Source: Catajapyx aquilonaris (Eukaryota). Taken from it: DNA of 20,000 bases. Of this stretch, positions 12,697-20,000 are shown piece by piece. The notes beneath the pieces were generated by a model that saw only the letters and a program-made list of their open reading frames with translations, had not been told where the DNA came from and made no database searches. The DNA is taken from positions 44,146 through 64,145 of the forward strand of contig KZ538522.1 of NCBI GenBank assembly GCA_000934665.2. The letters run 5' to 3'. A program made the position numbers and the translations under genes. The stretch's first letter is position 1; the number at the start of each line of letters is the position of its first letter.

Positions 12697-13149
12697 GCGC
12701 TTTAGTTTTTACCGCGTTATTAACTCCAGGGGGCGGGAAAAAGCAATGGCAGTAATCAAATGAACACTACTTTATGGCATTACATCGCACACGGGATCCT
12801 GGCATGAAATTGTAAACAAGAAAATACGCTGCAATTGAGGGAACCAGGCCCTCGCACATTACCAGACCAAATAGGAAGATGGTAAATATTTTTTGTTTTA
12901 AGCAACATACAGTGTTTATATTAGAATCCACCGAGGCCTGAAAATGGTTCGTGTCACTGCCAATTTTGTTTGACTATTAAATTAGTTTTTCCCATGTGTA
13001 GTGTCAGTAAAAAAAGCAACAATTTAGCCCACCCAACACCCTGCACAAGCAAAGCCTAATGAAACGCTCTCTCCATGAATCCTAAACGAGCAGCCAATCC
13101 GTAATCTTTTTGCAGTCATTCCCCTGCCGGCCCCTAAAACTGGGTCTTA

Positions 13150-13470
13150 GCTAACGCGATTACAACGAGACACTAGTTCTGAACTGATGGTCGCATCCAG
13201 TGACGTGTGTGTGGTACCCAAGAGAGTGGTCCCTCTCTGCCTGGCTGCTGCAGGCAACGGCCCCTCACACCATCGCAGTCAGGATGGGGCCTAATCTCAT
13301 CCCTCCCTGGTAATTATCGCGTTCTACTCCTGCTGTAACCAGACTCTGTTCGATGACCTGCTAACAGACACTGTAGGCGAGTTAACCCGTCGCCAGAATT
13401 GATCCGCATCAAGCAGGCCTCACTTCCGCACCAAGGGCTAATAACGGCTATAATATTATCACCCCCCACC
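13150..13470 (-). mobile_element. Possible LTR fragment truncating copy 5
   Basis: The minus strand reads ggggggtgataa then TATTATAGCC, resembling a polypurine tract followed by a degenerate TGTTATAG LTR start at ~13455. GC-richer and non-coding. The distal end was not identified. Confidence 0.2.
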
Positions 13471-13499
13471 ACCACCTCCACCCAGCACACACCCCCCTC

Positions 13500-13840
13500 G
13501 CGACCGCTCCATTTTCATTTGGCTTCAATGCGTCATTTTTGATGAGACTGTTGTGCAAAACGCTGAAATGCACGTCGCATAAAGTGTCATCGGCTGGCGG
13601 GGGATAAAAATGGGAGGGTCTGACTGATGCATTGCCAAGTGCCACTCATTGGTGACCAAACTTTTGCAAGTGCAGGAACACCATCTGCTGGACCAGGTTT
13701 TTTTTGTGGGGTACTTTTGATTTTTTTTCCCAGTTTGTTTGTTGCCTGGAACGGCATCTGCGGCATGCATAATGCGCCGGCGTGCAGTGTTTCAAGAGAG
13801 GAAATGGATAGGAGGAACTGGGGCATTGCATTTCCTTCCC
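13500..13840 (-). pseudogene. Array-family paralogue, copy 5 (short N-terminal fragment)
   Basis: MPQFLLSISSLETLHAGALCMPQM resembles MNELVVSLGALTLEEM. Nucleotides ttttatcccccgccagccgatgacac (~13609-13584) match ttttatcgcagcgatgacac of copy 4 (FY...DDT motif). Confidence 0.4.
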
Positions 13841-13910
13841 AGCAGATGGAACAAAAGGCTGCTCTACATGTGGAGATATTTGGCTGGGCCCGGAGAGGTG
13901 TGTGGCCTCA

Positions 13911-15960
13911 CTACAATGCAAAAAAATGGTGTACAAACCGCCAGTTTTGTTCGGCAGTGGGTGGGAAAAATGCAAGACGCATGAAAGTTACCGCAAAAAA
14001 ATTGCAGGGAGTTGTGCTGAATTCACAAGAGCAAAGGTGGCCATATTTCACATTAAATACCGTACAATGCAGTCCAGTACTACAGCAAATTATATCTGAA
14101 AAAGCAGAGTGGGCAAGAATGTGGTTCAAGCTTCTTTCATCAGTCAGATCATCCCACATCATTCGACTAGAATCAATCAAAGTGCCAATCACACTTCGGC
14201 ACGTTTTCATAATGGTCGTGTCCGAAAGTAACGGTCTTATTTTTTTGTGGCCATCCCCAAATTCAGCTCTGGCTGGCCTTGGGTGTCGATCATTTTGTCC
14301 ACGCATCAACAGCAGGTTTCCAGTTGCGGATCCAATGATCCCTTGTGTCAAGCAACGAGACATTATTATACTTCCTGGTGAACACATCTCTGTCAACAGG
14401 CCCATGAAACAGGATTGGCACGACGTAAAAAGGTCCGCATTTGCATACGTACCTGTGAAGCCACTATAAATAATAGTGAAATCGAGATGAAAGTTTTATT
14501 GGAAAATTTACAGCGGTTAGAAAGCAAAACCGCGATCGAATCTCCGCACCCCTTTTTTTTGAACGGAAATACATGTCACGTATTTCACCCTTCCGAGCGC
14601 TAAAAACCGCAGACAGTTATTTGGCACGCTTTTCACATACAAAAATGATACTGACCTCAATGCCAAATCAAAAAGGTCGGTTTCCAACCAACAATTTATT
14701 ACCATCATTGTAATCATTACTAGCGTCGCTACTTAAATTCACAATATTCTCATAATAATTAGCTGCCATTATTGCAAATTCATGTGCATACTTTTCCATT
14801 AAATTTAGTCACATAGTACTACCTGCCCTTAGTTTTTACATATGTTTATAAACAGGCGGACTTTGTTTTGCCCAGTGTCCGCCCACAAACAATGCTTGAT
14901 CCTAACGAATGTGATATGCAAGGTCTCCAAGAAACTGCTGAATCACTGTCGCTACACTTCAAATACCATATGTGTTGGGCAGCCCTTGTTGAATCACCCT
15001 GTATACAAACTGCCGAACAATGTCGGAAGGCCCAACGAAGTTTGAGCAAGTTGATTGATTTTCCTCCTCGAGGTTGCAAGCGTGTATAGTCAGTGTAATT
15101 GGGGAAGCATACACGAAATGTTAATAAATCCATTCAGTAGCCTATACATCTAGGGCTGCGCAGACATTGATTGGTGACTCAATGTTGACATCATCGCCTT
15201 CGTCCCAAGTCCTTGTCATTTGTCCTAATCTAATCTATATTGGTTCGAAGGGATCGGGCTCCCACAGAAGGAACCTTCCTCCAAGGCCATCCAAACAGAC
15301 CAAGCAGTCTGCTGCTATTCTGGATCGCTCTGAAATAGTTTTCCTTCGTTTTTTTTTCTTTTTTTGCAAAACCGACGTGCTTTTTCGTAACCGCAAAACC
15401 CCCGCTGGCTGGAGAATGGCCAGGAGCGGAAGGACGAGTCCTTGGCCACCAACACTACTTCAACGTTGCATCCCACTGTCTTCAGAGACACGTCGTTTGT
15501 CTTTTCAGGCATCTTCAAGCATAATTGGACAAAGTGGGAAGGTAACTGTTTATGGCAGAAGAGACGTAGGACAGGTGTTTCAGCAGTGTTGACACTATCA
15601 TGCATACGTAATTTATGGACGACCACACAGATCATGCCGGCAGCTTCATGTTCAAATGAAAATGTACAGTACAGGTATATAAATATAGCGAGCAGAGCAA
15701 CACGGCATAAGCAAACACTGGTTCAAAATAACACGGTCTACATGACCTCTTTAAAAACTTGAAACTGCTACTTTATTTTTGGACAGCGTATGGGCTTCAA
15801 TATAAGCCACTATATGCACTACCACCAGTTTTGAATAAACTGCAATAGGAAAGGCGACTCTGTATAACGCATCAAGCAGGATAACTGAACATAATGCGCC
15901 TATGCATGCTCATTATAGCGATAAATAGCTATAAACCGATAATCTGGAAGGCTCAAAATT
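13911..15960 (-). pseudogene. Array-family paralogue, copy 6 (best-preserved reading frame; 5' end uncertain)
   Basis: One frame with only scattered stops reads RIAADCLVCLDGLGGRFLLWEPDPFEPI*IRLGQMTRTWDEGDDVNIESPINV...FVGPSDIVRQFVYRVIQQGLPNTYGI*SVATVIQQFLGDLAYHIR*DQALFVGGHW...DGNKLLVGNRPF*FGIEV, then RGFAF*PL...YANADLF...SPGSIIMSR. It runs into track ORF 13911..14405 and ends at 13911. Confidence 0.65.
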
Positions 15961-16029
15961 TGTCCACCTTTTTACTACAAAAAAATGCCTTTCAATCATT
16001 CCATTATTCAGGATCGGCTTGTCCATTTT

Positions 16030-16590
16030 TAAAAAACTACCTGGGATGAAACGAGAGGGGGGCAATGGTTGCCTGCGGTGCCAGACAACTCACAATATAT
16101 TATCCTTCCATTCTTCCCATCCCAAATACAGGAAATAAAGCGTTCCCAACGGCAACAGCGAGGTGTCAAAGCCGAAGAAAAGAAACAAACCCAGGGTGGA
16201 GGTGCCTTCCATTCAGGCCGCCTTTAGCCAATCGCCTATTATTCTTCCTCTTCCACCAACTTTATGGTAGGTGGGACAATTTGTTTGGATTTCCAGGGTC
16301 CACACTTGATCCGAGGAAAGGAGAAGGGAATGGAGAGAGAACATCTGAGGCCCCAAAGCCTGAAAAAGGAGAGCTGGAAAGAGGAGGCCAACTGGCCCCT
16401 TTTTTGGAGTCGCGGGGGCAATCTTCCTCCGGCAAAGTGGCAAGTGGAAAAGAATCCAATGCTTCCGGGGAAGGAAGCGGGGTTGGGGGGATTCTAATAG
16501 GCCCAGTAGAACACGACGGTCTGAAAACCGGTGAACCAAGAAGATACCCCGAACAACAACAAAAACAAACTTGAAGGGGAAGCCTGCCTC
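16030..16590. mobile_element. Unclassified S/P-rich (minus strand), GA-rich (plus strand) fragment between copies 6 and 7
   Basis: Abrupt change in composition. Copy 7 similarity stops at ~16600. Low-complexity translations in several frames, with no recognisable domain. Confidence 0.25.
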
Positions 16591-16599
16591 ACACGAACC

Positions 16600-17303
16600 T
16601 GCATTGCCTTACCTAACTGTTTCATAAAAGTAGACGCAGCATCTGCGCGACATGATTGGTGACTCAATTACTTCACTGTCCTGTCCAAGTTTGAATGGAA
16701 TCGATATGGCTTAAAAGGCTGCCCAACGACAAATTGAACAAAGCCGACAAATTACGACCCAAGCATTTTGAGTGACTGGATGAATTTAATAGCGCTATAA
16801 ATCAAGTCACTTGCCACGGTGCAATCTGTTAATCGTCCGACATTAATTGCGCTGTAGAAATGCATAGTATTTGCTCTCACTATTTTTATGGAGCCAAATG
16901 GTATCGCATTCTGCATGCATGTGCATTGTTAGATATGAAACTGCTGGGGATACCTTTCCACGCTTCACAATATCAGTCCGCTGCAGAATACCACACATAA
17001 ATAGCCCAACAATAGTGTACAAATTCCGCATGTAAATAAGCTATCACTTGAATATCCTGTGTACAATTTAAGGAAAAAGCCGATCATAAATTTACCATTA
17101 AATTTCTTCTGAACAGCACTGTGTGAAAGGCCTGAAGTGATATCGTAATATGGATATTAAAACAATGGGCGTCTCTACAATCTGCAAATTATACCATCAA
17201 CTGTATCTAATCTGAAACCATCCAGTTCAGCCATTTCCTCTAGTGTCAATGCTCCAAGTGACACTACCAGTTCATTCATGCCCGCCTGCAACGCCAACTC
17301 CAT
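16600..17303 (-). pseudogene. Array-family paralogue, copy 7 (N-terminal ~230 codons, truncated)
   Basis: From the ATG at 17303, one frame reads MELALQAGMNELVVSLGALTLEEMAELDGFRLDTVDGIICRL*RRPLF*YPYYDITSGLSHSAVQKKFNGKFMIG...GQPFKPYRF, then a frameshift into ..DSEVIESPIM, matching DPFEPI...IESPINV of copy 6. Confidence 0.6.
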
Positions 17304-17339
17304 AGCTAAACAGCATACTGGCAGGTACCCAACCCCATC

Positions 17340-18700
17340 CGGCCTCAAAAGGTGACAGCATACTTCTAAATCACCACGACATTCAAGCAGTCAGGTTCAG
17401 TCTCCTGTCATCTGACTGTGCACGCTTACCTGTTGCTCAACGATGCGTCCGGTCCTCCTCCTCTTCCTCAGCAGCAGACAGCCGGTCCTGCCCCACAAAA
17501 TGTCACCGTGACAAACACCGTGGGCCAATCACTCACTCAACACCTGCCCGGGGGCCTCGGCCAGAAACTCTGATCTTGAATCCCCGCGCTGGAAAAGCAG
17601 TGTCGTCATAAGGTGGAAGCCAGAATCAAAAGGGGGTTGTCGGCCGGCCCGGAAGAGCGCAGCACCACACAGGGACAGGCTACTATTGTACTCGAGTTAT
17701 AGACACTATGATAGGGTGCGACTATGCAGAGGTCTTCTACCCCACCTTACAAGTCCTTTGACCTGGGATTAGGCACGCCCTGTGACCTGACCTGATGTGA
17801 GAGGTCACAGTAGTCGCACTAGGCTGTCGGTTGTTCGCCAAATGGCGGGGGATCGATTGCCGGCACCAGACGGAGCAACCCCCTCGAGGGGGGAGGGGTT
17901 ACCGAACTTACAAGTCGAAAGTACTAGCACCAGCACACTACACCACAGCACCAGAAAAGACGCACCACCACACCCAGATTGACCCCCGAGGGAAGGTCGG
18001 AGGGTGGTGTGGAAAGAGGGGGGAACGAAGGGACAAGGTGGGGGTCACTGACCTCTTGAACGGAGGTCAAGGGTGAAGGGTCGGAGGACTGGAGACAGAG
18101 GTCGTTGAGATCGTACCAGAGCTAGTCCTAGGTTCGGATGAAGAGGAATGGGGCCTGGAGAATGCCAGCGAAAGTGGCCCCGCTGTGCCAGTGCGCGTCT
18201 GAATCATCGAACGGACTGGCCTGGGCACAGGCACCATTGAAGCATGCGCCGAGGCTTCCCTACCCCGACACACACAGACATCCACCCCTCTACCCCACCA
18301 CGCCTTTCCTCTTCGGTCAGATCCCCTCTATACTACCCAGAACATACACACACAACACAGTACACACTCTACCACAACCTGTGCATGACCTGTACCTTAC
18401 ATTGAGACTATTTCATTATTCATGATATCATTACAGCCCATATGGTATGAAAGTTAAAAAGTACGAGAAAACCCACACGAATACTGCACAAAGTTTATTG
18501 TCCGCTCCGGGGGTCGAACTCAGGGCCAGTCTGGCATGGCTTCAAACTCCTGCCAATTTATTAAAAATTTGGTTAAATTTACGGGAGTTTGGGCAAAAAA
18601 AATGAGGTTTTTAATCGTCCCACTTCACAGTGGATTTCATTTTGGCTAGATGTTCTTGAAGTTAGAAAAAAAAAAGAAATCCCAACCCCAACCCACCACC
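17340..18700. mobile_element. Composite TE-like insertion(s) between copies 7 and 8, with an LTR-like segment at 17638-18270
   Basis: aaaagggggt (polypurine-tract-like) lies immediately before TGTCGG at 17638, and the complementary CCGACA ends at 18270. GC-rich interior, S/T/P-rich on the minus strand, CA-rich tail ending ...cattaca at ~18435. No TSD. Confidence 0.3.
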
Positions 18701-18714
18701 CACTAACACATTCT

Positions 18715-20000
18715 TCCTCAGCCCAATTTCAGCGCCTTACTCTGTGACACCGCCGAATACGAAATGAGCCAGATACATCAGCGTTATGCGACTATCATCG
18801 CCCCCCAAAGCCTTTCTCCTGGACTCTCGATGTCATTAATGCAAATAAGCTTAGTGAAATAACACGGTTATTGAATTTGGAAGGCATGGCTTTTCCAACA
18901 GAAATTGTATGGGTCAATATTTGCTAAAGGGTCAAACTGAATGCGACAACCCAACTTGTTATTTTCCACCCATAATTTATTTCCTGCATTCTCTGAACTA
19001 TGTATATTAATAGACCTACACAGTAATATCGCGACAGTTCAGCATGAATTTTACAACATAATTTTTCTGCCAATACCGTATCCCCATGCCATTTATATAT
19101 AGTCTGCATCGGAATTCGAAACCGGTAACCGCTTTCACAACCTCTAATGCCAATTCCGAATATTTCCACTGCCTCAATGCTGATGGGATACTTTGCATAT
19201 CAAAGAGTCTATTCAGCGGTCCTACCACTGCACCTAATAAGGGCGCGGTTATAAAACGACGATCAAAGTCCTCAATATTTTTGTCGCATTGTTGCATATA
19301 ACATACCCTTGCAAACAGCGGACACCTGTCCCAAAAAGTGCAAAACTGTGTAAATCAAGACTTGTCCACTTGCAAAAAAAAATTGGCAAATTACCTGTCA
19401 TTATTTTTTCCCCCTCAGCCTTGCCAAACCACAGCACATAGTGTGTCACCCTGTTTGCATTGAAGCCATTCGTATTCCATTAGCGACCGGGTCCGAGTGA
19501 ATGGGCCAGTGTTTCGCATACGCCACTTATCATGGCCAATAATTTAGTAGTTTGGCGCATCTTCCTGACGGCTCTTGACATGCCATCATTGAATGGACAT
19601 GAAAGCGCATGAAACCCAGTCCTTTACACGTGGAAACAACACACGCACGCAGATCGTGCCCCCCCCCCNNNNNNNNNNNNNNNNNCCCCCCCCCCCCCTA
19701 GCCCCCCCTTGTCGTGCACGTCAATTTCGCGCGCAGTGTGTTATGACACGGCCCTGGCTCAACAATGAAAATTCGAGCCTATTTATCCGGATAATAAATT
19801 GTCATTGCGATTTTTTACAGATCCGGTTTATCAATTTTTTATAATGAAAAATTATGGGTGGTCTGTGCCCTATTCAGGTGACCGCTGAACTCGTGACTTG
19901 TCCGGGTTGCACGCGATTCCTTCCGACATCTTCGCTTTACTACGTAATCAATTATTTTATTATTTGCACTACGCGGAAATCTCCGGCGGGGTTAATTTTC
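18715..20000 (-). pseudogene. Array-family paralogue, copy 8 (central portion; starts beyond the window end and spans the N gap)
   Basis: PDL*KIAMTI (~19826-19797); CPFNDGM (~19600-19580). RFITAPLLGAVVGPLNRLFDMQSIPSALRQWKYSELALEVVKAVTGFEFRCRLYING is collinear with FVGP...QQGLPNTYGI*...ALFVGG of copy 6. AGNKLWVENNKLGCRIQF matches GNKLLVGNRPF*FGIEV (copy 6) and MEYQSLGFEIEI (copy 4). HTISVGKA matches HFFVGEA (copy 4). Confidence 0.6.
19669..19685. other. Assembly gap (17 N) inside a poly-C tract
   Basis: N run flanked by C10 (19659-19668) and C13 (19686-19698). Confidence 0.95.

Noticed and set aside
13627..14469. Longest ORF in the track (280 aa, plus strand)
   Set aside because: It is antisense to the C-terminus of copy 6 and to the copy 5 fragment, where the conserved family motifs lie on the minus strand. 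It has no recognisable domain, so it is a shadow ORF.
14602..14655. Intron-like GT...taac...tttttag segment in copy 6
   Set aside because: The reading frame continues through it, and copy 4 has similar coding text at the equivalent position (IEIQNCICGERR vs IEVSIIFVCEKR). An intron is not required.
15167..15762. Plus-strand ORFs of 141 and 106 aa
   Set aside because: Antisense shadows of copy 6.
17501..17513. Palindrome TGTCAC-C-GTGACA resembling fused LTR termini
   Set aside because: Only 6-bp arms, which is expected by chance in 20 kb. No TSD.
18790..19450. Apparent TET/JBP-like 2OG-Fe(II) dioxygenase pattern (HYVLW...; N..G..Y.Q..Y spacing; KLGCRIQFDP; GER)
   Set aside because: No intact HxD or distal H is present. 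The same segment aligns collinearly with copies 4 and 6, whose shared frame (LGxxIE...VG(E/K)A) lacks these residues.
1..20000. Trypanosome VSG pseudogene array, endogenous virus, CRISPR array or prokaryotic operon
   Set aside because: No VSG cysteine motifs or ingi/L1Tc signature, no viral hallmark motifs, no regularly spaced direct repeats, and no intact ORFs with ribosome-binding sites.

Overview
Eukaryotic, most likely filamentous-ascomycete, DNA with no intact protein-coding gene. The organism call is inferred from protein style, not proven. Manual translation through stops and frameshifts shows that most of the window is a head-to-tail array of about 8-9 heavily decayed paralogues of one uncharacterised gene family, roughly 2-3 kb per full copy, all on the minus strand. 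The copies share an ordered set of motifs: N-terminal M(E/D)xAxQAx(M/I)xxLxxxxGxxx+xxMAxxG; P(L/V/I)FYxxxD(D/I)T...LSxSAV; a central GA/ALAxxxxW(L) helix; (L/I)PS; GNKL(L/W)V..xxxLGxxI(E/Q); G(F/L/I/A)A(F/Y)xP; (P/N)G(S/A)I(F/I)xSRxxG; and a hydrophobic C-terminus. Several copies are truncated or split by unrelated, TE-like fragments: a possible LINE endonuclease relic, LTR-like pieces and unclassified S/P-rich pieces. There is a 17-N gap inside a poly-C run at 19669-19685. Most ORFs in the supplied track are antisense shadows or off-frame slices of these pseudogenes. All alignments were made by eye and all boundaries are approximate.
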